33,333 nucleotides of DNA from a bacterium. GTDB taxonomy: Bacteria; Electryoneota; Electryoneia; Electryoneales; Electryoneaceae. Below are positions 8,641-18,231 of the stretch, piece by piece (within the stretch, counting starts at the first letter, position 1; every line of letters starts with the position of its first letter). The translations under genes and the position numbers were made by a program. The stretch lies in the NCBI GenBank assembly GCA_043801585.1, contig JAZDLX010000075.1:1-33333 (forward strand). The letters are read 5' to 3'. The notes beneath the pieces are model-generated. The model was not told the DNA's origin. It saw only the letters and a list, made by a program, of their open reading frames with translations, and did not search any database.

Positions 8641-8742
8641 AAAAAACACCCGTCCAGCGTGGAGGAGGTAACGCATGGACGGGGCATAATGCCTTCATCG
8701 GGGCCGACCGACGAAAGCGGATTCGTCGGTGAGATTAACCCC
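8641..8742 (-). ncRNA. Candidate structured RNA: 5' hairpin plus intrinsic terminator with an anti-SD (UACCUCCUCC) loop
   Basis: Minus strand: GGGGTT..ACCGACGAA/TTCGTCGGT..GGCCCC, linker, CCCGTCCA-T-GCGT[TACCTCCTCC]ACGC-TGGACGGG, then TG and T6. Confidence 0.45.
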
Positions 8743-8814
8743 TTCACGCTTACAACTTTGTGATTCAGCGCACACACCCTGCACGGGGCTCCATGCCGCT
8801 CCCCGATAATGCTC

Positions 8815-10542
8815 TCAGTTGGAAGTGCTGGCAGGGCTCAGAGCCGCTGCGTACAGAGTCCCCTCCTTCAGCACTTTCACCGCCTCCAAAACCTGTTGAT
8901 CGTGGGAAATCGCCGCCTGGGTTCGTCCGGCATTTCCCGAAAGGACTGACGCTAACTCAATGCCCAGGCGTACTTTAAGGTCAGCTTCTTCTTTTCCATA
9001 CTCCGCATCGTCAGACTTTTTCGCGGCGGCCTCAAGGTCATCCAGTTCTTTCATGAACGACACGTCCAACCCTTGAGTTTCCGCATCTTTGCGCAGATCC
9101 TGAAGGTTGCGAGTAACAATGCTTTCCCACTTGAAGTCACGGTTTTTCAAGTAGTCAAGGAAACCGTTGTACATCTCATCGGTGACAACCCACCCCGAAA
9201 GGTCGGAATGGCTGCCCGTGTACTTATTGGCAAAATCGAAAAAGGCATCTTCCTGCCAGAGGGCGATGGTAAGCCCCCCCACCTCGGGGAGATCGACGGA
9301 GATATCCGGTTCGATACCACCGTGCGCCTTCACCTCGCGACCCTGCGCCGTGGTGAACAGGCTGTCGTTGTCACCCGCTTTAGGTTCATGGATAATTGAT
9401 TGATTATCCGAGAAATAATCCACTTTCTGAATCAGACGTCCTGAAGGGGTGTAGTATTTGGCCGTTGTAATTCGCAACGCGGTACCGTCGCGGAAATTGA
9501 TCACCGACTGCACCAATCCCTTGCCGAAGGATGTCTTGCCGATGATCACGCCCCGGTCCAGGTCCTGAATGGCGCCCGAGACGATTTCACTGGCAGAGGC
9601 GCTGCCCTCGTTGACCATCACGACGAGTGGAATGTTTCCGGGAAGCGCGGGTGTGCCCTCGGACCGGTATTCGACAACGTCCTTGGGATCACGACCACGG
9701 GTGGTGACGATCAGATCGCCGTTATTGACGAAATTCTCTGCCACGGAAAGGGCTTCCGGAAGCAGTCCGCCAGGATTGCTGCGCAGGTCGAGAATCATGC
9801 CCTTCATTCCCTGCTGGAGAAGATCACCGATGGCGGAGCGAACCTCGTCTCCCGCACTGCGGCTGAACCGTGTCAGCCGGACATAGCCGACTCCTTCATC
9901 GATAATACCGGCGTAGCTGACGTCATTGACTTTGATCTCCTCACGGGTGATCGTGTACTCAAGAAGTTTTTCGACACCTTGCCGGCGGACCATGATTTTC
10001 ACCTGGGTGCCCGCCGGACCTCGAAGCTTGTCCGCCGCGTCCGAAGTGCTGAATCCAACCGTAGCCTGACCGTCGATCTCAAGGATCTGATCGCCGGCAC
10101 GCAGGCCGAGACGCCATGCGGGGGTTCCCTCGATCGGCGAAATCACGGTGAGAATACGGTCGGGTCCGCGTGTGCCGATCTGCATCCCGACGCCGCCGTA
10201 ATGACCCATCGACATGATCCGCAGATCGCTCGTATTCTCGGGTTCGATGTACTCGGTGTACGGATCGAGCGTCGCCAGCATTCCATCGATACCCGCCTTG
10301 AGGAATCCTTCCGGATTGATCGGATCCACATAGCGGGTGGAAATCTGGCGATAGATTTCGCCGAAAAGTCCGACATTCTCGCGGATGGATTTGATCATCT
10401 CCATCTGCTGTCGGATTTGTTCGTCCGATAGCTCCTGCTCGGTGCTGACCGATCCACCACCCCGGGAATCCGGAGTCTGAGCCTGAATCGGGGAGACGGA
10501 GAGCAGCAGAATCAGGACGAGAGGTGCGAGTAGCCGTCTCAT
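8815..10542 (-). CDS. ctpA: S41 family carboxyl-terminal processing protease (PDZ + peptidase S41)
   Basis: Signal peptide; LDPYTEY, YGGVGMQIG, ILDLRSNPGGLL, SASASEIVSGAIQDLDRG, SFGKGLVQ, TTAKYYTPSGR, GGIEPD. Confidence 0.95.
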   Translation of the reverse strand: MRRLLAPLVLILLLSVSPIQAQTPDSRGGGSVSTEQELSDEQIRQQMEMIKSIRENVGLFGEIYRQISTRYVDPINPEGFLKAGIDGMLATLDPYTEYIEPENTSDLRIMSMGHYGGVGMQIGTRGPDRILTVISPIEGTPAWRLGLRAGDQILEIDGQATVGFSTSDAADKLRGPAGTQVKIMVRRQGVEKLLEYTITREEIKVNDVSYAGIIDEGVGYVRLTRFSRSAGDEVRSAIGDLLQQGMKGMILDLRSNPGGLLPEALSVAENFVNNGDLIVTTRGRDPKDVVEYRSEGTPALPGNIPLVVMVNEGSASASEIVSGAIQDLDRGVIIGKTSFGKGLVQSVINFRDGTALRITTAKYYTPSGRLIQKVDYFSDNQSIIHEPKAGDNDSLFTTAQGREVKAHGGIEPDISVDLPEVGGLTIALWQEDAFFDFANKYTGSHSDLSGWVVTDEMYNGFLDYLKNRDFKWESIVTRNLQDLRKDAETQGLDVSFMKELDDLEAAAKKSDDAEYGKEEADLKVRLGIELASVLSGNAGRTQAAISHDQQVLEAVKVLKEGTLYAAALSPASTSN

Positions 10543-11378
10543 GAGTCACTTCCTTTCTGGTTTCCAGCCGCCGGCAAGAGGTATTTCCTCCGGGTCGCAA
10601 CGAAAAGCGCAACCCCGGCCAGAACCATCACAATCGAAACCGCCTGGCTGACGGTGATGAATCCACTGTTCCACCGAATCAACCGCAACCCGAATTCCTG
10701 GAAACGAAGCAGCTCGTTGGCGAACCGCAGGATGCCGTACCCGATCAAGAACAGCGACCAGGTGAATCCGGGAAACGTGCGGAAACGCTCCTCCGCCCAG
10801 AGCAGGCCGAAGAAGAGCGCCGTGTTGTACAATGTGGCGTAAAGCTGGGTCGGATGAATATGAATTCCCGGATAGACGTATCCTGCGAGAGACCCTTGCG
10901 GGAAAACAATTCCCCAGGGGAGATCCGTCGGAGTTCCGAAACAACATCCGTTTAAATAACAGCCGATCCTCCCGATGGCGATGCCGATGGCGAGCGAGGG
11001 GGCGAAAACGTCAAGGATGGTCAGCAAGCTCACCTTGCGGATACGGGCGAACAAGACCACAGTGATGAACGCCAATACCACCCCGCCCAACAGAACGAGT
11101 CCGGCGTAACCGATGGTTCCGTCCGACTGCACCGGACTGATGATGTCCCACATGTGGCCACGGTATTCCGCGAGGTGAGTCAGCACATACAGGGTGCGCC
11201 CGCCAACGAGACCGGAGATGATGATAGCCGTGGAAAAATCGATAATCGTGTTCTCACCGAGTCCACGTTTGACACCTCTGCGGTGAGCGATCCAGATGCC
11301 CACGACAAAGGCGATGAACATCATCAACCCGTAACTGCGAAGCTGAAAACGGCCAAGATCGATCAGAACCGGATGCAC
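10539..11378 (-). CDS. lgt: Prolipoprotein diacylglyceryl transferase
   Basis: Probable GTG start 11378 (MHPVL...) after AGGGGA. RSYGLM, GGRTLYV, LDVFAPSLAIGIAIGRIGCYLNGCCFG, HPTQLY, RFANELLR. Confidence 0.95.
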   Translation of the reverse strand: MHPVLIDLGRFQLRSYGLMMFIAFVVGIWIAHRRGVKRGLGENTIIDFSTAIIISGLVGGRTLYVLTHLAEYRGHMWDIISPVQSDGTIGYAGLVLLGGVVLAFITVVLFARIRKVSLLTILDVFAPSLAIGIAIGRIGCYLNGCCFGTPTDLPWGIVFPQGSLAGYVYPGIHIHPTQLYATLYNTALFFGLLWAEERFRTFPGFTWSLFLIGYGILRFANELLRFQEFGLRLIRWNSGFITVSQAVSIVMVLAGVALFVATRRKYLLPAAGNQKGSDS

Positions 11379-11498
11379 CGGAATTCCCCTTTGGCTGAAG
11401 AACATTAGAAGTTATATGCCTTACGCTCCAGAATTTCACTCACCGAATCTGTTCGGGTTGCCTCCCTCCCGGACATCAGGGAGACGTGCACCCCCTTC

Positions 11499-12254
11499 TC
11501 AGGCAACAATGGAGTAGCCGCCGTCGACAACCAACGTGCTGCCGTGGACCATTTTCGCATAGTCCGAGACGAGGAACAGCGTGGTGTCCGCGACATCCTC
11601 AGGCGTGACCAGGCGGCCCGCCGGAGTCCGCTCGAGGCTGTGGCCGATCAGGTCATCACGGTTCGGGAAGTGTCTCAACGCATCCGTATCGACGACGCCC
11701 GCCGAGAGGATGTTGACGTTAATGTTGCGCGGTGCGAGCTCCACCGCAAGATGCCGCACCAGCGATTCGAGAGCGGCTTTCGACGCACCGACCGCCGTGT
11801 AGTTGGGAATCGCACGCACCGACCCGAGGGAGGAGATGGCGACAACCTTGCCGCCTCGCTCTCCCATCAACGGCACGGAATGCTGCACCAGGTGAAGAAG
11901 GGTGGCCGCGTTGATGTCCATCGTCCACTGCCAATGGCGGCGTGTCAATTCCAATGCGGGTTTCAGTACGCCTGAGGCGGCGTTGGAGATCAATATGTCA
12001 ATCTTCTTGAAATCCGCGGCAAATCTCTCGAACATGTCGTGAAGTTGCTCTTCGTTGCCCACATTCGCCTTGTATGCTTTCGCCGTAACACCAAGTTTTT
12101 CAAGCTCAATGACAGTCTCATGGGCAGCCGTTCTGTTGCGCATATAGTTGATGGCGATGGAACAGCCGTTTTCCGCCAAACGGATGGCAATCGCCCGCCC
12201 GATGCCACGGCTGCCACCTGTCACCAGGGCTACCTTTCCCTTCAGATCCACCAT
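11499..12254 (-). CDS. fabL: Enoyl-ACP reductase FabL-type SDR
   Basis: TGGSRGIG, NAASGVLKPALEL, HWQWTMDINA, PNYTAVGASKAALESLVR: pattern of Bacillus FabL-type SDRs. Confidence 0.8.
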   Translation of the reverse strand: MVDLKGKVALVTGGSRGIGRAIAIRLAENGCSIAINYMRNRTAAHETVIELEKLGVTAKAYKANVGNEEQLHDMFERFAADFKKIDILISNAASGVLKPALELTRRHWQWTMDINAATLLHLVQHSVPLMGERGGKVVAISSLGSVRAIPNYTAVGASKAALESLVRHLAVELAPRNINVNILSAGVVDTDALRHFPNRDDLIGHSLERTPAGRLVTPEDVADTTLFLVSDYAKMVHGSTLVVDGGYSIVA

Positions 12255-12521
12255 GAATTGTTCCTCTACGACTGTGAACGGCCAATTGCGACAAGGGGTA
12301 CAGCTCCCCCTCCGCAGATGGCAAACGTAGCATCGGGGTCATCCCTCTGGCAAGCATAATCTTCGCCTGTCCTAACCCTGCGAGGTCAACCGGGTCCATT
12401 GAACAGGAACCATGTGAAGAGAAAAACGAAGAAAAACTTGATCTTACCTCTTGCCCGGGCAACCCCTTCATCTCAACCTTTGTGGTGTTACTGCAAACGA
12501 TGATTCAGGGAGGAAAGAGCC

Positions 12522-12956
12522 ATGCTGATCAAGGATATTCTTGAAAAAAAGGGAACCCAGGTTCGTACCGTACCGCTCGGCACGTCCGTTCGCCAGGCTG
12601 CTCGGGAGATGATTGAACATAAAGTCGGCGCCGTGGTCATCGCGGAAGGATCCAAGGTACTGGGAATATTCACGGAACGTGACAACCTCCGGCTGACCTC
12701 CACAGGTCCATACAGCCCGGACGAGACAACCATCGACGGATCCATGACGTCGGATGTGGTGGTGGGCCTCCCCAGCGACTCGATCGAGGCAGCGATGGCG
12801 GTGATGACCGAAAAACGTGTGCGCCATCTGCCGATCATCTCGGACGGCCTGCTTGTCGGCATCGTCTCCATCGGTGACGTTGTACGGGCGATCAGCGAGA
12901 AGCAGAAAGCCGAGATCCATTACATGCGTGACTACATCTCGGGGACAATGGGATAG
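12522..12956 (+). CDS. Stand-alone CBS-pair domain protein
   Basis: RBS GGGAGG; GIFTERD, MTEKRVRHLPI, LVGIVSIGDVV. Confidence 0.92.
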   Translation: MLIKDILEKKGTQVRTVPLGTSVRQAAREMIEHKVGAVVIAEGSKVLGIFTERDNLRLTSTGPYSPDETTIDGSMTSDVVVGLPSDSIEAAMAVMTEKRVRHLPIISDGLLVGIVSIGDVVRAISEKQKAEIHYMRDYISGTMG

Positions 12957-12969
12957 AATCAGGATTCGT

Positions 12970-13027
12970 GTGAGTTACCAGACAGTATAAAAATTCATGA
13001 GAGTTTTATACTGTCTGGAAACTCACT
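12970..13027. repeat. CCAGACAGT/ACTGTCTGG palindromic element, copy 2
   Basis: GTGAGTTACCAGACAGTATAAAA..TTTTATACTGTCTGGAAACTCAC, a near-perfect inverted repeat; homologous to 3072-3126. Confidence 0.75.
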
Positions 13028-13038
13028 CCATTTTAATA

Positions 13039-13065
13039 AAACCGGGCGAAGGATTCGCCCGGTTT
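13039..13065. terminator. Probable bidirectional intrinsic terminator between convergent genes
   Basis: AAACCGGGCGAA-GGA-TTCGCCCGGTTT, a perfect 12-bp stem. Confidence 0.7.
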
Positions 13066-13128
13066 CCTGCGCACTGTCCGAACCGCATGGTTCCAATCGA
13101 ACGGTCCGGATGATGTTGCTTGCATCTG

Positions 13129-13596
13129 CTACGATTCGACCTCGTCTTTCACCGCGAGACCCGTCAAGGTCGGATCAATGCCTGACGCCATGTCCATGCC
13201 ACCCGGCGGTGGTCCCGGCGGTGGCCCCTGAGCCTTCATCTCCTCGATCTTCTGTGCCATTTCCTTGATTGCACTCTCGAGGTCGATGCCCTGTTCATCG
13301 GCAAGCTGCTTGAGCGCATCGGGAGCGTTGTCCGCGAGCGCGGCGGCGTCAAAAGTACCGTCCCTGATGCTGTCGAAGATGCTCTTGAGATAATCCTGAA
13401 CGTTCTGCTGATCGCTCTCGTCGAGGTTCTGGACAGAGCTCAACAGGCTGCCCATCCCAGAAGTTTCAAACATGTCCTGCATCGGGGGAGGTCCCATGCC
13501 TTCAGGTGGTTTCTGCTTCCTGTCATCCGCCTGAAGGCTCTGAAGGTACTGGAGTCTCTGCAACTCTTCGTTGGATTGAATCTCATCGATACTCAT
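13129..13596 (-). CDS. Hypothetical acidic, Pro/Gly-rich helical protein
   Basis: ATG 13596 follows AAAGGAA; protein-like composition with GPPP motifs. Confidence 0.75.
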   Translation of the reverse strand: MSIDEIQSNEELQRLQYLQSLQADDRKQKPPEGMGPPPMQDMFETSGMGSLLSSVQNLDESDQQNVQDYLKSIFDSIRDGTFDAAALADNAPDALKQLADEQGIDLESAIKEMAQKIEEMKAQGPPPGPPPGGMDMASGIDPTLTGLAVKDEVES

Positions 13597-13773
13597 GTCG
13601 GGTTCCTTTCTTCGTTTCTTCTGGAAACGGTTGTCGAGACGGAACAGCCGTCCCGATTCCATCGATCGACCTCGTTTTCCTCCTTTCTCTCTGTTTGTTG
13701 TCTATTGTCAATAAGGAACCCTTGCCTGACTCATCACCGGCGATGGGTACAACCATCACCGGTTTTCCTGCTG

Positions 13774-14622
13774 TCAACCTTTTTTTCGCGCATCCGAAAG
13801 ACGGACCTGGATCCATTCGATCTTCGGTTGATCGTCCATCTCCCGGCCTTTGCCTGGAGGCCTGATGCCCGGCTTCACGTTCCCCGGTGGCGTGAATTCC
13901 TGCTCACCGCCAGCCCGGGCATTGTTTCTTGCGAAGTCCGGAAAATCACCCGGCGGTTTCGGGGGTCGAGGCACCACAATTGTCTCGATCCCAAGGCTGA
14001 ATACATCGCCGGGCAAGACGTGCAACTCGCACTGTTTCGTGGAATCCTGCAGCGGGATGGAGAATTCGAAGACCAAATCCTCCCCCTCCACCTTCATCGC
14101 CGCGTGAAGACCCGGCTCTTCCGGCATTGTGATCACCTCAGGATCGGCGCCCGGATGATCGTAGTACACAATCTGATCCCCGGCCTGCTGGAGTGGCTCC
14201 ATCACCGCTCCCCTCATTTCGGAAAACGATGCAGGTGCAGACCCGCTCGAGTCGTTCATCCCGCCCGGGCCATCCTCCACCATCCTGTAGGCGAAACCAA
14301 ACCTCTTCTCACGTTTGCCTGACGGATCGATCCACAACACCATCCGCCGCGCACCGGGAACGCCCAGGTTTACCGGCCGCTGTACCAGCAGGTAGAAATG
14401 ACTCCTGTCGTTCGCCGCGGAAACAGTCAAACGGTGGGATCGGATTTCAATTCTCGGCAGGGAGACCCAATCCCCGCTTTGTCCATCCACCTGGGGACAC
14501 TGATCCACCCACGTTGAGGTGAGACGGCTTGCCACGCTACTGCCCGGCATCATCATAACCGCTGCGATGCCTGCGATGGCGATCGACCGGCAGTAACGCC
14601 CTACGCTCTTCTTTTCCTGCAT
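13774..14622 (-). CDS. Hypothetical secreted protein
   Basis: Signal-like N-terminus (IAIAGIAAVMMM..SVA), beta-rich core (ANDRSHFYLLV, LWIDPSGK, FEFSIPL) and Pro/Gly-rich tail. Confidence 0.7.
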   Translation of the reverse strand: MQEKKSVGRYCRSIAIAGIAAVMMMPGSSVASRLTSTWVDQCPQVDGQSGDWVSLPRIEIRSHRLTVSAANDRSHFYLLVQRPVNLGVPGARRMVLWIDPSGKREKRFGFAYRMVEDGPGGMNDSSGSAPASFSEMRGAVMEPLQQAGDQIVYYDHPGADPEVITMPEEPGLHAAMKVEGEDLVFEFSIPLQDSTKQCELHVLPGDVFSLGIETIVVPRPPKPPGDFPDFARNNARAGGEQEFTPPGNVKPGIRPPGKGREMDDQPKIEWIQVRLSDARKKG

Positions 14623-14952
14623 CCTGGCCTGCGCTCTTTGGACGCCGAATACAACGACAAAGTTCGTGAAGAGCGTTGCAAAGGATATGCCTCCTCGAAG
14701 TTCCTTTGTATTTCGTGCCTTACAGCCGTTTTTCAGGGGTGAATTCGGAGCTTCTGACGAATCGTTCGTCCCGTTGGACGAACCAGAAGGCCGGATGCGG
14801 GCGATATGCCGAACCGTATTAAAACACCAGCGGCAATGAATTCCTGATCCTACCGAACAACGTACCGATTACTGCCCAGAGAAGCTGAGGGTATGCCTCC
14901 GACCTTATCTGGTCCCTCGAAATACTGGCAAAACGAGCTGACAAGATCCGAC

Positions 14953-14983
14953 AAAAAAGACCCGCGGTGGATCGCACGGGTCT
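14953..14983 (-). terminator. Intrinsic terminator after etfA
   Basis: Minus strand AGACCCGTGCGATCCACCGCGGGTC followed by T6, about 30 nt after the etfA stop. Confidence 0.75.
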
Positions 14984-15014
14984 CGGATAGTTGTCCTGGA
15001 TCGTATCAAGGCTC

Positions 15015-15965
15015 TTAACCCTTCAGCGCCTCGTTCAGTTTCGGAAGGATCTCGAGGGCGTCGCCGACAAGTCCGTAGTCGGCGATCTTGAAGATCGGCG
15101 CGTCGGCATCCTTGTTGATCGCGACGATCACCTTCGAGGTGCGCATGCCGGCGAGGTGCTGCACGGCGCCGGAGATGCCCACCGCGATGTAGAGGGTCGG
15201 GCCGACAGTCTTGCCGGTCTGGCCCACCTGCTCGGAGTGGGGACGCCATCCGGCATCCACCACGGCGCGTGTGGCACCGACAGCAGCGCCAAGGGTGCTC
15301 GCGAGATCCTCGATCAGCTTAAAGTTTTCCGGTTCCTTCAGTCCACGGCCACCGGAGACAATGCGGTCCGCTTCGGCCACGTCCAGCTTGTCGCCACCGG
15401 CGGCTTTGACTTCGACAACTTTCGCCTTTGCCTCGAAACTGACCTCGAGCGCCACCTTCTCGCCCGCCCCGGCCGTCTCAGCGAGGTCAAAGATATTCGG
15501 ACGGGTGGTTATTACGACCGGCAGGCTCTTGGTCTTCAGCGTCATGTACACCTTTCCGGCGTAGACAGGCCGCGTCACCTGTACCTGGCCGTCGACACTG
15601 GAAATCGCTGTGACATCCGGCATCAGCATCACACCCATCTTCGCGGCAGCACGAGGAGCAAGGTCGCGGCCCTGGCTTGTCGCAGCCGCGATAACCACTT
15701 TCGCATCCGCCTGTTTCGCCGCTTCGACAACCGCCGTGAGATAGCCCTCGGGAACGTAGGTGGAGAGTTGATCGTTTTCCGCGACGTACACCTTATCCGC
15801 ACCGTGAGCCTTGGCAGCCTCCACTGCGCCGTCAAGCCCTTTCCCTGCGATAACCGCGCTGACACCACCGAAAGCAGCACCGAGACGTTTGGCTTCACTC
15901 AGCGCTTCCAGCGAGGCTTTCTTTGCTACGCCATCGCGGACTTCGATATAGACAAGAACGCTCAT
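15015..15965 (-). CDS. etfA: Electron transfer flavoprotein alpha subunit
   Basis: [56 protein letters not shown]. Confidence 0.97.
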   Translation of the reverse strand: MSVLVYIEVRDGVAKKASLEALSEAKRLGAAFGGVSAVIAGKGLDGAVEAAKAHGADKVYVAENDQLSTYVPEGYLTAVVEAAKQADAKVVIAAATSQGRDLAPRAAAKMGVMLMPDVTAISSVDGQVQVTRPVYAGKVYMTLKTKSLPVVITTRPNIFDLAETAGAGEKVALEVSFEAKAKVVEVKAAGGDKLDVAEADRIVSGGRGLKEPENFKLIEDLASTLGAAVGATRAVVDAGWRPHSEQVGQTGKTVGPTLYIAVGISGAVQHLAGMRTSKVIVAINKDADAPIFKIADYGLVGDALEILPKLNEALKG

Positions 15966-15982
15966 CGTTCGTTCCTCTCGCG

Positions 15983-16732
15983 TTATTCGATTACCCGGGC
16001 TTCTTCACGCAGCAACCGGACCAGCTCCGGCACCGCATCCACACCTTCGCCAACTATCTTTCCGGCGGGGCGTTCCGGCGGATAGGTGAAACCAACCGTC
16101 TCGACACGGGGCTCGGTCGCCTCCGCCTCTAAGATGTCGATGGGTTTCTTCTTCGCCATCATGATCCCCTTGAGGCTCGGGTAACGGGGTTCGTTCAAAC
16201 CTTTCTGAGCAGTGAGGACGCACGGCAATGGTGATTCCACGACTTCGGTCCCGCCTTCGATTTCACGCTCGACGGTAAGTTTCCCATCGCCGATCTCGAG
16301 CTTGGCGACCTCGGTGATGCAGGGCAGGCCGAGCAGGGTGGCAACCATCTGGCCGACCGCAGCACAATCATCGTCGGTGGCCTTGAATCCGGCAAAAACG
16401 AGATCGTAACCGCCAGCATGGACCTGCGCCGCAAGCGCTTGCGCGGTTCCGAGCAGATCGGTAAAGCCGTCTTTTTTAATGTGGATGGCTTTGTGCGCAC
16501 CCATGGCGAGAGTCTTGCGGAGTGCCTCGGCGGCATTCTCCCCGCCGTAGGTAATCGCCGTTACCTCGCCGCCCTTCTCTTCCGTGATTTTCAACGATTC
16601 TTCAACAGCGTATTCATCAAAGGGGTTGAGCACCCAATTCAAGTCGCGGGTTTCAATCCAGCTTCTGTCCGAAGTGAGCCGGATTTGCGCCGCTGTGTCG
16701 GGTACCAGTTTTACCAGCACCGCGATGTTCAT
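15983..16732 (-). CDS. etfB: Electron transfer flavoprotein beta subunit
   Basis: ATG 16732 follows AGGGAGG; VKLVPDT, LNPFDEYAVEE, ALRKTLAMGA, LNEPRYPSLKGIMMAKKKP. Confidence 0.97.
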   Translation of the reverse strand: MNIAVLVKLVPDTAAQIRLTSDRSWIETRDLNWVLNPFDEYAVEESLKITEEKGGEVTAITYGGENAAEALRKTLAMGAHKAIHIKKDGFTDLLGTAQALAAQVHAGGYDLVFAGFKATDDDCAAVGQMVATLLGLPCITEVAKLEIGDGKLTVEREIEGGTEVVESPLPCVLTAQKGLNEPRYPSLKGIMMAKKKPIDILEAEATEPRVETVGFTYPPERPAGKIVGEGVDAVPELVRLLREEARVIE

Positions 16733-16855
16733 CCTTGCCTCCCTGCGTTCATGCATGCAGATTGTCGTTGATGTTTAACAGTGTGTGAATATACGGGTTG
16801 AGTGGCGGCGAAAAAACGCCGGCGTGGAAAGCAACACGGGGCGCGGAGGGAGTGA

Positions 16856-18160
16856 ATGAGCCGTACGGTGGCGGTCATCGGTGGTGGTGTTGCCGGTCTT
16901 TCGGCAGCATTCGCGGCGAGCGAAAAGGGAGTCTCCGTGACACTGTTCGAAATGGCCCCTTTCCTCGGCGGGCGAGCGGCGGGGGAAACCGGTTTCGACA
17001 CCGGACGCCACCTGGTGACCACAGCCTACCGCGAATTTCTCTGGCTGTTGGACAGGATCGGTTCCCGCAGAGCGCTGGCACTCATGCCGCAATGCTACGG
17101 TGCTGTCGATGGAATGCGGATGCCCTTCTGGCGGATCAACGGACCGTTGGGTGCTGCAGCGGGGTTACTCGGATCCTCGCTCCTGCCGCTCAAAGACCGA
17201 ACGAAGGCGCTGATCGCATTGAAACAAACCCTCGATGCAGCGCCAGCGGAACCGACTGACAGCGAGCTGGCGGGGAATCCCGGCGACATCTTTCCCATCA
17301 CGCCCGGTCCTGCACTCTCCGAACGTCTCACTGAATTGAAATGGCCCGCTTCCCTGTACGACAGGATCGGCGAACCGCTTGCGATCGGAATGATGAACGG
17401 CCGTCCCGAAACCGTTTCCCACGCCCCATTCATGACGGCTTTGAAACGAATGCTGAACGATCCCGTGAAAAAAGCGGGTTGGGTTCGCGGTGATTGGGGG
17501 GCTTTGATTTCCGGCCCGGCTCAAAAGGCACTCGAACAACAGGGTATTCGAATCCTCACACAAACGCGTGTCTCTTCCGTCCGGCGAAGCAGGGGCGGAT
17601 GGACCGTGGCGGTGGATTCGTCGCGGGAACGGTTTGACACGGTCGTTGCGGCGCTGCCATTTCATTCGCTGCACCCGTTGTCGTCCTGCAAGGAAGCCAA
17701 AGAACTTGTATCACTTGGCGAGACCGTGTCCGGAAACACGATCATGACCATGCGAGGTCGTTTCACCGATGCGGAGGCGCTTCCCGGACCTCTCGCGGAA
17801 GAGGGACACGCGCGGGCGATCTGGTTCGTCGAACCCCATCCAAAGGGTGGCGTGCTGATCGAACGAGTGGTCAGCGGATTGTCGAAAGACCTATGGCCGG
17901 ACCCCAAGGAGGTGGAAGCCGACTTCCTGCGGCGAACGAAAACCCTCTTTTCGGCTGAGCAGGTGGTGGAATCGCATGTGCGCTGGTATCCGTTGGCGAC
18001 CCCGACGCTCACTCCAGGCACACAACGTCCTCATCTGCATATTGCGGAGGGGCTATACTACGCGAGCGATGGTTCCGCCACGGGACTCCCCGGAACTCTG
18101 GAATCCGCCGCGAGAGCCGGACGACTCGCTGGAACACTGGCGGCAACGTTGCCAATGTGA
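16856..18160 (+). CDS. FAD-dependent oxidoreductase, HpnE (hydroxysqualene dehydroxylase)/amine-oxidase-like
   Basis: VIGGGVAGLSAA and LGGRA. FDTGRHLVTTAY resembles DNGQHLLxGAY. ASDGSATGLPGTLESAARAG resembles AGDWTATGLPATxEGAxxSG. Confidence 0.75.
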   Translation: MSRTVAVIGGGVAGLSAAFAASEKGVSVTLFEMAPFLGGRAAGETGFDTGRHLVTTAYREFLWLLDRIGSRRALALMPQCYGAVDGMRMPFWRINGPLGAAAGLLGSSLLPLKDRTKALIALKQTLDAAPAEPTDSELAGNPGDIFPITPGPALSERLTELKWPASLYDRIGEPLAIGMMNGRPETVSHAPFMTALKRMLNDPVKKAGWVRGDWGALISGPAQKALEQQGIRILTQTRVSSVRRSRGGWTVAVDSSRERFDTVVAALPFHSLHPLSSCKEAKELVSLGETVSGNTIMTMRGRFTDAEALPGPLAEEGHARAIWFVEPHPKGGVLIERVVSGLSKDLWPDPKEVEADFLRRTKTLFSAEQVVESHVRWYPLATPTLTPGTQRPHLHIAEGLYYASDGSATGLPGTLESAARAGRLAGTLAATLPM

Positions 18161-18231
18161 TCTCTGTCATGAGTACGCTTTTGGACCGGGAGTACCTTCA
18201 TTCGAATCTGGTAAGAAACCGGTGAACGACC

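Noticed and set aside
12255..12521. Possible ncRNA in the fabL/CBS divergent region
   Set aside because: No convincing long stems or 6S/SRP/tmRNA signatures by eye.
14991..16085. 364-aa plus-strand ORF
   Set aside because: Antisense shadow of etfA/etfB in GC-rich DNA, with no recognisable motif.
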